This document shows, piece after piece, positions 22,940-36,374 of a stretch of DNA of 64,000 nucleotides. The stretch's first letter is position 1; every line of letters starts with the position of its first letter. Source of the stretch: Octopus bimaculoides (Eukaryota); NCBI RefSeq assembly GCF_001194135.2, contig NC_068992.1:14581853-14645852 (forward strand). Reading direction: 5' to 3'. The notes under the pieces are model-generated. The model saw only the letters and a list, made by a program, of their open reading frames with translations. It did no database searches and was not told the DNA's origin. Made by a program: the position numbers and the translations under genes.

Positions 22940-23296
22940 ATCGTGATGGCACCTGTGCCCAGCGTTGCCTTCCTGGTACTTGTGCCAGTGGCACATGAAA
23001 AGACATTCGAGCGAGACCGTTGCCAGTGCCGCTGGACTAGCTCCTGTGCAGGTGGCACGTAAAATGCACCATTTTGAGCGTGGCCGTTGCCGGTACCGCC
23101 TGACTGGCCCTTGTGCCGGTGGAACATAAAAGCACCCACTACACTCTCAGAGTGGTTGGCGTTAGGAAGGGCATCCAGCTGTAGAAACTCTGCCAGATCA
23201 GATTGGAGCCTGGTGCAGCCATCTGGTTCCCCAGAGCTCAGTGAAATCGTCCAACCCATGCTAGCATGGAAGGCAGGCGTTAAACGATGATGATGA

Positions 23297-23300
<4 letters not shown>
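22940..23300 (+). mobile_element. RTE-LINE 3' UTR with about 3 tandem 66-bp units and (GAT)n tail
   Basis: Same units and terminus as 7225-7905. Confidence 0.85.
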
Positions 23301-23345
<45 letters not shown>

Positions 23346-23748
23346 AGTATGAATTTCATTTAAAATATGCATGTTTATGAGAATGTTCCTATCTTTACAT
23401 ATATGTGTGTGTGTGTATGCATAAATGCACATTTTTGTGTGTGTGCATCAGTGCATGTCTTTATATGTGTTTGTGGGTTTTGTCTGGGTGCTTACTTATA
23501 GGCATATATGTGAAAATAGGAATGTACTTTCAGATGTGTTTTTAGTGTATATACATAATTATGAATATGTCTGTGTACGTTGTGTTTGTATGTGTATGTG
23601 TGTGTATGTGTATTTGTAGGTCATAGTGTATGAACCTTTGTTTACAGATATGCCCATGTATGTGTGTATGTGTTTATAGATGTGTATAGAAGAATGTATA
23701 CGGATATATTTGTAAATTTTTTTAGTGTGTGTGTGAGTATGTGTGCAA

Positions 23749-23798
<50 letters not shown>

Positions 23799-24409
23799 TT
23801 GTATGTATAGATGTGCATGTTTGTATATGAAAATATATATAAACAATACTTTGTGTGTACATGTATGTGTACAGATGTGTGTGTGTGTGTGTGTGTGTGC
23901 ATGCACACATATATACTAAAATGACAATACTTGCTATGAGTGATTTAAAGCAGTCACATGGGTCACATGACAACATGATATCCTGTCACAGCGTGCTTAA
24001 ACAGGGCACTTATCTCTACTTTCATTACAGCTATACTGGTGCCAGGCTTAAAATCCTTGTGGGTTTTTCTGGATTTTGCAGATTTAGGTTAAAAATAAGC
24101 TTTATATACAATATTACTCCTAATTTTGTGTATAAAAATCTTATGACGGAGGAAATTATTTTTTCCTGTGACAAAAATATCTACGCACTAGATATACCAG
24201 GCACCACAGAAGTAATGCATTTTTTGCATTTAATATCTTTTATAGTATATAAATGTTTATTAAGTAATTTTTTATCGAACACAAATTTATTGCATTACTT
24301 AAACGAATAATAAACTAATGAAAAAAAAATCGCAGAAGTTTTAGGAAATAATAAAAGGAACTCGCTTAGAAACTAGAAAACTCAAATACAAAAGAGCATT
24401 ACTTCTACC

Positions 24410-24789
24410 ACACCATCATCATCATCATCATCTTCATCGTTTAATGTCTGCTTTCCATGCTGTCATGGGTTGGATAGTTTGTCTGGGGACTGACAAGCCA
24501 GTAGGCTGCATCAGGCTCCAATGTGATCTGGCAAGGTTTCTACAGCTGTATGCCCTTCCCTTCCTAATGGCAACCACTCCGAGAGCAGATTTGTACAGTT
24601 GGAGGCTTTTCCTGTTGCCAACCCTTACCTATTTCTAAGCAAAGTAATATTTCTGCATGGTCAGACAAGCTTCCCATAGAAGACTGTAAATGATCAACCT
24701 CGCTTTGCTGATATGACAATGACGCTTGTTTGCAACCATCACATAATATCTACACAAGACTGTGTACACATGAATGCACGCGCGCGCGT

Positions 24790-24829
<40 letters not shown>

Positions 24830-24975
24830 GGGGCTTACCAAATCCACTCATGGAGCTTGGTTAACTTGGAGCTATTATAGAAGACACTCGCCCAAGGTGC
24901 TTTAGAGTGGGACTGAACCCAAGACCACATGATTGGAAAGCCAGCTTCATAACCACACAGCCACACTTGCACCTT
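24410..24975 (-). mobile_element. RTE-type 3' terminus (24410-24790) followed by a SINE B head (24825-24975)
   Basis: (CAT)n-CGTTTAATGTCTGCTTTCCATGC..., then GAAGACACTCGCCCAAGGTGC...AACCACACAGCCAC. Confidence 0.7.
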
Positions 24976-25694
24976 GTGTGTCTAATGGAGGATGTAAAAT
25001 GATGGTGGTGGTGGTTTTGGTGATGATGATGATGATGATCAATTTGTTTTTGGCAAGTTGTTTACCAACTTAATAACTCGACCATTTGGACCCTACCTTT
25101 TCCCCTTCTTCTCTTCCACTTTGAATTTTACTATTATATTCCAGGAGGTCTTTACCATTTCCATTTCTCTTTGGCTTGATATCCTTTACTTTCATATTAT
25201 TATTACATTAAAATAAACAAAAGAAAAGAATTTTGTTTACACTTTATTGAAATTAATATTTAAAAAAATTATTTAAGGGTGTAAGGAAGAGGGGAATAGT
25301 TTTAAAGTCGTCCAGACTCTATAGAATCGGTACTAATGAACGAGCTGTGTCCTAATGGAATAGCTTTTGGTTATTTTAGTGGCCCTATTACAAAGGGTTG
25401 CTGCCAAATTCACCTGAAAATGAACAAGACCATGTGACACACTTGAAAGATTAGTTCTAGATACACTCTACTTAAAAAAAACAAAAACAAAGAGATGGGA
25501 TGGTCGTGGTTGGAATACCATTGTGATGACGTAATTAGATAAATGTAGCCATGCAATACAATATGAGGGTTCAAATTTCATTATATGTCCACTTAACCAT
25601 TTTGTCTCCATATTTCTGTTAAAGCACTCACAACTTTTGTTTCAATTAATTTCAATAATAGTGAAGCATTTAGTAAAACAGTTTTGTCATTATT

Positions 25695-26122
25695 GTAAGG
25701 TGGCAGGCTGGCAGAAACGTTCGCACGCCGGGTGGTGGCATTTTTGTCTGTCTTTATGTCCTGAGTTCAAATTCCGCTAAGACTTTGCCTTTCATCCTTT
25801 CAGCAACTGAAGCACTGGTGTTGATTTAATTAACTGGCTCTCTCATCCCAAATTTCGAACCTTGTACCTAGAGTAGAAAAGAAGTTTGTCATTATTAAAC
25901 TAGTGTCATGGTGGCAAGCTGGTAGAATTGTTAGCATTCCAGGCAAAAGGCTTTGTGGCATATTGTCAGTCTTTATGTTCTGGGTTCTAATTCCAGTAAG
26001 GTTAACTTTGCCTTTCATCCTTTCAAGGGTTGATAAAATAAGTACCAGTCAAGCACTGGGGTCAATGCAATTGACTCATTCCCTCCCCTCAAATTTCTGG
26101 CCTTGTGCCAAAATTTGAAACC
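25695..26122 (+). mobile_element. Two head-to-tail SINE C copies
   Basis: Each has GGCAG..GGCAGAA..GTT...GTTC(A/T)AATTCC...ACTTTGCCTTTCATCCTTTC. Confidence 0.8.
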
Positions 26123-26812
26123 ATTATTATTGTTATTATTCAGTAGTTTTGTTTTTTTGCTTGCTTTCACTTCACTACCGAGCGCAGCTCTCTGTGCTTT
26201 GGGTATGTGCTGTGGTTTGCTGTGATGCTCTTATGGTTACTGTATTGAAAGTGTTTTGCATAGGATGTGTGCAGTGCCCAGTAGTGCAATTTTCTGTATG
26301 TTATATATATTTGTAAGTCCTGGTGTTTTTGTTATGCATTTGTTTGAATATTTTTTTTATCATACCTAAGGCACCTACTATGATAGGAATTGTTTCTGTT
26401 TTTAGATTCCACATTCAAGTTACCTCTATTTCCAGGTCTTTGTATTTTGAAAGTTTCTCCATTTCTTTTAGGGAAACGTTGTCATCAGCTGGTATTGATA
26501 CATCAATTAGAAAGCATTTTTTTTCTTCATGATCTCTGACAACTATATCTGGCCTATTGGCCTTAATTTCTCTATCTGTGTGTATTGGCATATCCCAGAG
26601 TATGGTTGCTTTCTCGTTTTCTGTGACCTTTCCCGGCATGTGCCTATACCATCTTTTTTCTGTTGTTATTCCATAGTGTTGGCATAGCTTCCAGTGTATA
26701 TAGGTCCCAGCTTTGTTGTGTCTGTGAATATATTCCTTCTTAGCCAGGACTGGGCAGCCAGAGATAATATGATTTATTGTTTCTTATCCATCGCCACATA
26801 TTCTGCAGTTAC
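26123..26812 (-). mobile_element. R4/Dong-like non-LTR retrotransposon 3' end (CCHC finger and restriction-like endonuclease)
   Basis: CRICGDG*ETINHIISGCPVLA...RHNKAGTYIHWKLC...ENEKATILWDMPIHTDREIKANRPDIVVRD...KEMEKLSKYKDLEIEV...IIVGALG. Stop at 26237-26239, with the 3' end in a (TAA)n-like tract. Confidence 0.85.
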
Positions 26813-27330
26813 TTGTTATGTTTCTTTTCATTATATGGACGTTAAAGGATGATGATGATGATGTTTGAAATATCTGAATGGAACATATTTGAGACTGCCA
26901 AGCTGCACCTACAGCTAATCACTATCATGGTTAAAAGCAGGGAAGGGGATTGTCTACCCTGAACAACATTTTTAGGGTAGCAGCTATACCCTTTACTATG
27001 TTTTCATACAGAATACTCATTGTGAAACTACACATCACCCAACAGATTTATTTTCTTTCTTTTATTTGCTGCATCTAGAGAAAGGGGCTGTTCTCATGGC
27101 CTTTGTAAGAACTCTGAGACCGGTAAGATTGATACTGTTATTCTTTTGCAGATGTTACAAGTTAACATGATTGATGAGGGGTGATGTCCTGGGGAGGAAA
27201 GACTGATGCTGGTGGATGTGAGTGATGAGAGAAGATATGAGACAAGTGGGTCAGGAGTACTTGAGTGGAAGAGATATAAAACCAGCCAGCTCTGAGGAAC
27301 AGAGAGAGAAGCCATTATAGACGTAGCAGA

Positions 27331-27369
<39 letters not shown>

Positions 27370-30300
27370 ATGGCACTCTTACAGGTCGGAGGTTGAATGT
27401 GTCAGAGTAATTTTATACAATAGTTTGAGTATCCTTTCTCTGAATGTACTCCAGGATGTCTGTGTTTTCAGCACCATCCCAGATGTAGGTGCAGTGCTTC
27501 AATGGCATTGGAGTCTAAAATATTTTCTGGTCTTGAAGGGAAGGGTCAAATATTAAGGATGTGGTCCCAGCCTTGAGAGACTTACACTAGTTTAGAGCCT
27601 CAGTGATAGTGGAACTTCACATTTGGAGTGAGCCTGTTCAAGAACATATAATGCAATGATGTTTTCTCAAGACAATGATTGCTTTATTTGTTATAGCCTC
27701 ACGCCTCCAATATTGTAGTATGGTTGATATTGTCAACGATAGTTCTCACCAATTTTTCAATATCCCAGTCTATAGTTGGCCAATAGATGCAACTCCTCAT
27801 CAGAGCGTTCACCCTCAATGTTCCTGCATGTCTGCTGTAAAATTGCTGCAATACACGTTTTTGTAATGTAGTCGATTCTACAACTCTTTGCGTTCACATT
27901 AGAATATCGTTGCATATTGAGAAACTACTTGAATTTGTATTTTTATTCTGTTTATTTTAAAGCTTCTTTCATTTTTGTAATATCTTTGTTGCCTACAGAT
28001 TTCATTCTTATATCCTGTGCAGTGACCAGCAGCTCTTGGACAACATTAGTCATAATACTTTTTGTTTCATTTTCTGCCTGCAGTGTGGCTGTCACAGTAT
28101 CTTCTAGTGATTCCATATTTTTAGGAATTAGTTTTAATAGATAGTCTACATGAACAATTTTTTTGATGGAATATACTGCATTTTGAAATTGTAATTAGGT
28201 AATATTATACTCCAACATTGTAGTCGGTTCATTGTATTGGTAGGTAACCATTTCTTTGACCTATAAATTGATAGCAGTGGTCGATGATCTGTTTGTAACA
28301 GAAAACTTCTACCATGTTGAAACCTGTGAAATTTTTTCTCAGCAAAGATAACCGATAGGGTTTCTTTTTCTATCAGACTGTATTTTTTCTCTCCCACTAT
28401 CAGCGAGAACAAAACATGAATCACTGGTTTTGTACTTCCATTTTTATACTTGTGTAGCAAAACTGCTCCTATTCCATACTCCGAAACATCAGATGCTACA
28501 AAAATGTCCATTTCAGGATTGAAATGCGCTAGAGACAAATCTGCAATTAGAATTTTTTTTTCTTCAAATGCGTTTTGGCATTTAACCGACCAATTCCACT
28601 TTACCTCCTTTTTTTAATAAGTCATTCAATGGAGCTCTTAATTTGTGCATGTTAGGAATGTAATTTTGGTAGTAGTTTGCCAAGACACGCTTGTAGTATT
28701 GGTATATTTGTCAGAGCAGGCATATTCTTTATTGTGTCTGCCCTCGATAGGTCAAGCTATCTACCATTTTTTTAATCAATTATTTGCCCTGAGTATTTAA
28801 TTTGAGGCCAAAAGATTTTGCATTTTTCTTCACTCAAAACAAACCTATACTCTTTAATTTTCTTGAACACCGCTTTTATATGCTCCACGTGCTGTTCACG
28901 TGAATTACTCTTAATCAATATATTGTCCAAATAAGGTATTGCAAATTCACAATCTGATAACATAGCGTCCATGATTTACTGAAATATTGCCGGTGTAACC
29001 TTTAATCAGGTATATCTGTACAATCCTCTATGTATCTTTATTGTTAGAGACTTTGAGCATTTGTCATTTACTTTAATCTGTAAATAAGCATCAAACATTG
29101 AATTTAGAGAAAATTTTCCCACCATTTAATTTTTCAAAAATGTCCTTTGGATTTGGTAGTGGATGGTGACATGTCTTTAAGCAGTCGTTCAATCCTGTAG
29201 AGAAATCACCACACAGCTTAATCTTGTTATTTTTCTTTTTAATGCACACCATGAGCACCGTCTATTTAGAGTAATCCACCTTTTTGATGATGCTCCTCTT
29301 TTCTCGTCTGTTCAACTCTTCATTTACAATTTCAGTTGCCATGAATGGTACTATTTTGATTTAAATACAGGCATTGTGTTTTCACTCACTTGAAAGCAGG
29401 CTTCAGTCTTATTACATAGACCCAAGTCCTCTGATAGTACTAGAAGAAACAACTTTTTCAGTTTTCTCTTCAATTCCTTCGATGATTTATTTTTAACGGG
29501 ACAACTATTTATGTTTTTGCAGTAGACACTTATGGGGAGGTACCATAAGTCAAATAACTCCAACCAACCCCTGTACCAAACATATTGATTGTATTCTCCA
29601 CAATTAATATTTTTGCTTTGCATGTTTCTCCTTGAAATGTGACATCTGTACACATTTTGCCCATGAAATGTAATTTATCAACTGTCACACCATGCACGAT
29701 TTTCGCTGTTTTATGTAACTTCAGTTTCCTGATTTTCTCCATGTGTCTGCATTTATGATTGAAATATCACTACCTGTATCCAACTGTAGTTTAATATTTA
29801 CACCATTTATTTTTATTTTTATGAATTTTCTTGTTTTTGTGTCACATTCACTTTCTGCTGAAATTACCTTAGAACTTTTTGCGTTCGATCCTCATAATCC
29901 TGTCCTGCAATGTGAGCTCTTGTGACCAAGTTTCTGACAACTATAGCATTTTTGATTTTTAAACGGACTCTCTTTTCTGAAGTGTAGGCCTCCACATTCA
30001 TAACATGGATTGGGGCCTGGTACTCTTTTTTGGTTGTACTTTCTGGGTCGACACATTTGTATTTTTGCAGAATCTTTCTCTTGAATTTATTTCACATCGT
30101 GCTTCAGGTTTACCATTGTTTGATATTCTTCTGCAATGGTCTGTAGAGTTAAGTCTTGGTTCACTTACTCCATTTTTGAGAGAATCTTTGCCCAAATTTC
30201 TCTATCTTTGGTTGCTGTAAAGCCTTGTACGTAGATAAGGGATTTAAACATATCCTGATTGAGTTCCTGAAGTTTAAAGTTTTCACACATATGGTTGACT

Positions 30301-30827
30301 ACTCCGGTGTATGAAATAAAGTCATCATTGTCATTTTTTGTTAAATTCCAACATATAATTCGAGTGTTAAATAACAAACTTTTGTCATAAAAGATCTTTG
30401 ATAGTAATTCAATAGTTTCTTGGAAACCAATCTCACTCGACTTTCTGGGCAATATAAAATTACAGTAGTATTCATGCTCGGCCGCAGCTACCTTGTGTAG
30501 TAATAGCCTCACTTTCTCCTTATCTGGTTATGGCTTGCAATTTTCTCATACCTTCAATAGTATGCAGGAAATGTAATACCCCCCTCTGGATTATGAATGA
30601 ATTCAGAAATCGAGTTCGCCATGCTGTCTGGTGGGAATGAGCTCAACTGAATTTTTAGACGTCCTTGTCTGTAACTCAGTTAACTGTTGTAATATTTGCT
30701 TCTGCAACTCCTGTTGTTGTTCCTGTTGCTTCTCTTGAAGCTGTATTGCTGCAGCTAATAGGTTCTCCATGATTTAATAATTTGTATGATTCACAAATGG
30801 TCAAATAACCTATGTGAGCTTTGGAAA

Positions 30828-30840
30828 ATCCTTGTCACCA
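30828..30840 (-). promoter_or_regulatory. Primer-binding site, likely tRNA-Ser(GCU)
   Basis: TGGTGACAAGGAT lies 2 nt after the LTR end (...TAACA). It equals TGGCGACGAGGAT with two CpG transitions, which is complementary to the recalled tRNA-Ser 3' end AUCCUCGUCGCCA. Confidence 0.7.
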
Positions 30841-30842
30841 GA

Positions 30843-31135
30843 TGTTATATCCTTACATCTCCAATATCGTAGTATGGTTGATATTGTCGATGATAAAGAA
30901 TGCACTGTAACAGTGTTATAACAATACAAAATAGAAACAGCGGCAGTAACAAACACGCAATGAACCAACGATCTTTTACGAACCAACAATCAATATTTCC
31001 AACACCCTCAAACTGTAAACTGTACCTAGACTTCAAAGACCAAACTATGAACTGCCGACTGCATCAGACCGCTACTGTCTATATGCAGTGGTCCCATCTT
31101 TTCTCACTAGAGGGTGTCATACTCTTGCCACAACA
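30843..31135 (-). repeat. 5' LTR of the Gypsy element (about 290 bp, TG...CA)
   Basis: Bounded by TGTTG and TAACA on the minus strand. Its first about 50 bp on the plus strand match 27689-27740. Confidence 0.7.
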
Positions 31136-31559
31136 CTTTTTTTTTTATTCGTTGTTGTTGTTAAAAGACAAGATTAGGATGGCTTTACTAGAGTCTGCTT
31201 TTGAGGCCTTCTTTCATAAAATTAGTGCAGGTTTGACATGTGGTTCTTAGATAGCATGTAAAAGATGCAATGGCTGGGTAAGTTTAGTGAGAAATGAACA
31301 TTCACTGTTTGTCTTCACCTCCATATGCAATACTCACATTGTCAGCCTACTTCACATAGAATTCTGGCATTAACAGACTTCACCCCAACACAGTGTCATT
31401 TGGCATATTTTGTTTATTCAATTTTTCTCTCACCCTCATGACATATTTAACCTGTCACACTGCACACCATACAACTCACTTTCACTGCAGACTGCATTGT
31501 ATATGTGTCTAGACTCCAATGGTGCATTGTGTACATGGCCAGATTGCAACACTGCATTA

Positions 31560-31590
<31 letters not shown>

Positions 31591-32552
31591 GTGTGTATAT
31601 ACATCGTTGCTATTATGTTAAACTGTCATATCCAAATTTGGCCAAATGTGGGTTTTTCCAATATTTATTTTTGCTTGCAGTAGCCGGTTCTTTTGGTCAA
31701 ACTATCCTTTCTCCAGTTGCTTCAGGTGCCAAGATATCAAAAATTGTCGAAGTGTAGTATAATGGTTTTGCTATGGAATGGTGAAACAACTTTTCCGTTT
31801 TCTGGAAAAAAGCAATGTTTTGGACTTAGAAACTTTTGCATAATAGTTTAGTGAGTATATGAGTGTTTGCATTGTTAGGTTGGTGAAGTGCTGATTAGGT
31901 GTGGGCTGCATGTAAATGAGAAATGAACTCTCACTAAATATAACAATTTTTATTTTGCTGGAGATTCGTCGCAAGATGTTATGGCATTCTGGCACGTACA
32001 GTTTAAACAAAAACAGAGTGAGCAAAAATATCGTCAGATGGTACCTACTGTGAGAGAGGCATCGTGTTACCATGTGCAGAGCTCTGAAGCAAAGAAAGGG
32101 AGCTAGCAGTCCTAGCTGTGGGCAGTTGGCTACCTGACAGCCCAAAAGGGAAAAGAGGAAGAGTCCTGCCAGTCGGGCTCCTTATATGCCTTTCATCACT
32201 TCTGTTAAGGGCTATTTGTGTTTTGCACATGTGGTGTGGCTGCCCGCTTTGTCCCTTCCGTGCCTTCTAGCCCTGAGATAATCCAAGCTGGCATGACAGG
32301 TATGCTACAATAGCAACAATATGTATATAATGTTACTCTTTTGTTCTTTTACTTGTTGTACTCATTAACCTTTAGCTGTGGTGGGCACCACCTTGATTAA
32401 TTTTAGTTGAGCAAATCAACACCTGTAATTATTTGTTTTTTTAAAGCTTGGTGCTTATTCTAATGGTCTTTGGTCTCTTTTGCTGAATTGCAGTTACAGG
32501 GATGTAAACACACTAACACTGGTTCTCAGTCGATGGTTGGGGACAAATATAG

Positions 32553-32590
<38 letters not shown>

Positions 32591-32643
32591 CAAACTATTA
32601 CACCGTTTTTAAACACCTTTACTCAATCTAGAGTGAAACATAT

Positions 32644-32820
32644 GGAGGCTTAGTGGTTAGGGTGTTGGACTCACAATTGTAAGACTGTGGTTTCGATTCC
32701 AGGATCAGGTGATGTGTTGTGTCCTTGAGCAAAACACTTCATTTCACATTGCTCCAGTCCACTCAGCTAGTAAAAATGAGCAACCTTGCAACAGACCAGT
32801 GTCCCATCCAGGTGGGGAAT
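32644..32820 (+). mobile_element. tRNA-derived SINE: CORE-like middle with the alternative (9845-type) 3' module, truncated
   Basis: GTTGTGTCCTTGAGCAAAACAC...CCACTCAGCTAG then TTGCAACAGACCAGTGTCCCATCCAG. Confidence 0.75.
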
Positions 32821-32821
32821 A

Positions 32822-33055
32822 TACGAAGGAGTGGGGGTGAGTAACTGAAAAGTATCTGGTTCTAAGGGTTTCAGGAAAGGCCTGCCTGGATGCCCAACCT
32901 TCTGAGTTCTTTTATAGGGCTTAGAAAAACTGAGGGACCACTGCAATAAGCATGTGAATCTGAGAAGGGAATATGTTGAAGAATATCATAATTAACAGAT
33001 CTTCCTGTATTTTCTTTTACCGAAAGTCAGGAACTTTTCTGCACCCCATCCTGTA
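32822..33055 (-). mobile_element. Mariner-type MITE (same family as 43581-44251, opposite orientation)
   Basis: TACGA..GGGG..CTGAAAAGT and GGAACTTTTCTGCACCCC..TGTA terminal inverted repeats (TIRs). The internal sequence matches 43581-43800 reverse-complemented. Confidence 0.75.
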
Positions 33056-33746
33056 CACTACAGAATCTGGGAATCTGACCTTATAAGCCCTTGGCTTAGG
33101 GAGGACTTTTGACCCCTTTTTCAGAGTGAAGTATATCTTGATATTTTGTGTTTCATTTGATACAATTCTCTGTACAGTTGGATTGTCTTGGGTCTTGTTG
33201 GTTCCAAAAGCAATGGGCATAAGCAATAACAATGATGCTTGCAATAAAAACCAAATTGTCAGTGGCAAGGTTTGAACCCATGACCTTTTGCATCAGATGT
33301 CTAACACCCTAACTACTTGCAGCTACTGTTTCACCTGTTAGTTTAATACAAGTGTCTTTTTTTTTCGTTTCTACTTTGACACCAGTGTCAAATCCTTGAT
33401 GTTTTCTTAATTAAAAGACACCACCACCACCTCCACCAACACCACAACAACAACAACCAGTCAACAAAGGAACTTCTATGGGGTTGCTTCACCTGCTAGA
33501 AAAAGCAGCCATATCTCCCTCAAATCACATCTTACTACCTTAAATAAAAAAATATGAACATTGGCTAATTTATAATAGCTGCTGATANNNNNNNNNNNNN
33601 NNNNNNNNNNNNNNNNNNNNNNNNNNNNNNNNNNNNNNNNNNNNNNNNNNNNNNNNNNNNNNNNNNNNNNNNNNNNNNNNNNNNNNNNNNNNNNNNNNNN
33701 NNNNNNNNNNNNNNNNNNNNNNNNNNNNNNNNNNNNNNNNNNNNNN

Positions 33747-33793
<47 letters not shown>

Positions 33794-34279
33794 AAAAGAT
33801 GTTATGGTTGGAACATTATTGATCATAGGTCTGCTTGATTGGGTCTTGCCTTGGGTTAAACAACAGGAACAATGCCCACAATTGTTAACAATGAAAACAA
33901 GAACTGCTGCTCCCACTACCACCACCACCGCCACCACTGCCACCACCATCACTTCTATTACTTTCTAAACACATTCCAGTCTATATATATAAATGAGATT
34001 TTGAGTATGTTAAGCAGGTAACAACTGGTTTGTTTTAAACATTCAATATATCATGACCAGCCAGCCAGCCAGCCAGCCGTCTGCCACTACTTCATCCAAA
34101 CACACTTCTAACCGATTCTACATATTCCAAACACATACAAGTAATCACATAAGTAAAACTTATATATACGTTAGCTATAATAATTTTGTGTTTTTTTTTG
34201 TTTTTTTTTGTCAAGTGATTTAATTAAAATTTTCTTAAGAATTTGTTCACGCGACTTTAAGCTGTTCAACATTTTTCAA

Positions 34280-34915
34280 ACATCATCTCTGAGTTCAAAT
34301 TTTGCCACGGTTGACTTTGCCTGTCATTCTTTTGGGGGTCAATAAACTAAATACCAGTGAAATTCTGGGGTCGATGTAATCAACTAGTCCTCTCCCCCAA
34401 AACTTCAGGCCTTGTGCCTATAATAGAAAGGATATTTCAAACATCATCATCATCATCATCATCCTTTAACGTCCATTTTCCATGCTGGCATGGGTTAGAC
34501 AGTTTGACAAGAGCCAGAGAGCTGTATCAGGTTCCAGTCTAATTTAACTTGTTTTCCACGGCTGGTTGCCCTTCCTAACACTAACCACTTTACAGTGTGT
34601 GTTGGGTGCTTTTATTATAGCTTCGCTTGAGCGTTTCAGCATGGCACCAACATGAATGCTTTTTACATGGCACCGGCACATGGCTCTTGCAGGCCAATCC
34701 TCTTCATCAAGTGGAGTGGTCTTAACACTTCTGTTGTGGAAGACAGGGTTTCTTGAGTACAGCAAGGGACCATGTATCTTGGTCCTTTGTCATTTCATCT
34801 GAAAGGTTCAATGTCCTGAGATTGTCCTTCATTACATTGTCCCATGTTTTCTTGGGTCTTCCTTTTCCACATGTTCCATCCAGTTTGAGAGATGAGCGTT
34901 TCTTTACAGAAATAT
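34280..34915. mobile_element. SINE C (+, 34280-34437) tail-to-tail with an RTE-LINE 3' end (-, 34440-34915)
   Basis: The RTE ORF C-terminus LKLDGTCGKGRPKKTWDNVMKDNLRTLNLSDEMTKDQDTW runs into the shared UTR and (GAT)n. This ties the frequent UTR repeat to RTE. Confidence 0.85.
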
Positions 34916-34925
34916 TCATTTAGAG

Positions 34926-35090
34926 CAGTGATTCTCAACTGGGGTTCTTCTGACGCTGGGGTTCTTCTGACCCTGGGGGTCTATGTAAAATTTCTGGGGG
35001 GTCCATACAAGCAAAATAGAAAATTGGAAATCCATGGTAGTATTTCAAGGGTCCATGTAAAGTTTTAGTTTAAATAACTTTGAGCCTCAA
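34926..35090 (+). mobile_element. hAT (Charlie-like) MITE left end
   Basis: Begins CAGTGATTCTCAAC. I did not locate a right TIR. Confidence 0.45.
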
Positions 35091-35822
35091 GTTAATGTGT
35101 GAATAGCAAAACAGTTAAACAATAAAAAATTTTATAATGGTGTTTGGAACTGTTATGATGTGGTGTTTTCCACAGTTATAATGTGTGGCCACTGTTGTGA
35201 CTGTAGCTGTTGTATCTACTCTAGTTTCCACTCTAAAACATGATTGTTGTACAATAGAACCTGGGGCTGTCTCAGGTGAGTTGGTATCAAACGGTTTAAA
35301 CTACTAGAAATAGCAGCTAAATTTCCATCATATCACATTCTCCTGTCTTAAAAATTAGAAATATACATTGAGTAAATTGGTCATAGATACAATATGGGTG
35401 AATAAAAAAAAAAGTCTTTAATCCTTTAATCTTGTGTTTGATCAAGCTTGATTTGGATGGGATTAAACACTTTTCTGGCAGATCTACTCTGTTTCAAGTA
35501 AAGGATTGATGATAGGAAGGGCCTCTGGACCTTAAATACTGTCTCAGGAGCAGCAGCAGTAGCAACAGCAACAACAACAACACTTCTGCCACTACCACCA
35601 CCACTACCACCACTGTCAGCTTTACCTCTATCAACCTAGTTCTTCTTCTAGAACAACGGTAATGATGATGTTGATAATGATGATGATGAAGATAGTTATA
35701 GTGATAATGAAATATTTTTCCCAAATATTTAACCTTGCAAAAGCAGTTCATCCGTTTTTTGCTGTTTTGGGTGGGTGGAGGCTGGGGGTTGTGGGGTTTC
35801 GGGCAGGGAATTACTGAAAGTC

Positions 35823-35856
<34 letters not shown>

Positions 35857-36374
35857 AACGAAAATAGAAAAAAACGAGAAATAAAGAAGAAAACTAATTT
35901 ATTAACCAGTCATGATATAATAAGCAAAATAAAAACAACAAACAAAGAGTAAATAAATGAACACAAAAATGCAAAAATGAAGAAAACAAGAAAAGGAGAA
36001 AAATCAACCTGAATTAACGAAGTATCAAGCTGTCCATCTGTTTTAAGTTAACACCAACTGTCAGATGTTATGAAATTTAACTAATTTATGATAACCATTC
36101 CAGCTAATCATCAGATTGTTAAACAAACTTGGTAAATAGTACAACTCCGGTTCCATCCCATCCCATCACACTTTTCTTGGTTGTTTGTTGTTTATTCATG
36201 GAATATGGCAATGATGGTAAATCAGGAAAAAGGGGAAAGAAGGGGCAATGGAAGGGGGATAAAAGGGGAAATGTGGAGGTGGGATTATTTAGCCGTGGGT
36301 CCTCCATTGGTTTCTATGATGAGTGTTCAGTCAAGTTGTTCTGTCTCTTCTGCATATTTGGTTTTTTAATTTTG

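Larger units (their letters stand above)
27689..31135 (-). mobile_element. Ty3/Gypsy LTR retrotransposon, decayed and internally deleted
   Basis: Gag starts at 30770, with zinc knuckle CYSCQKLGHKSSHC (about 29905-29950), protease LDTGSD (about 29775), RT PYLDNILI, RNase H SDVSEYGIGAVL...TDHRPL, and integrase Zn-region MRSCIYWPTIDWDIEKLVR. LTR-end copies lie at 27689 and 30843. Confidence 0.9.

Noticed and set aside
27152-27216. TTTTGCAG acceptor and GTGAGT donor pair
   Set aside because: It has stops in all three frames, and the upstream intron would be only about 30 nt. It cannot be supported without RNA data.
31600-32330. GC-richer segment with Cys-containing frames, possibly a piggyBac or integrase remnant
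   Set aside because: I could not align a convincing catalytic or Zn-finger motif series. Left unassigned.
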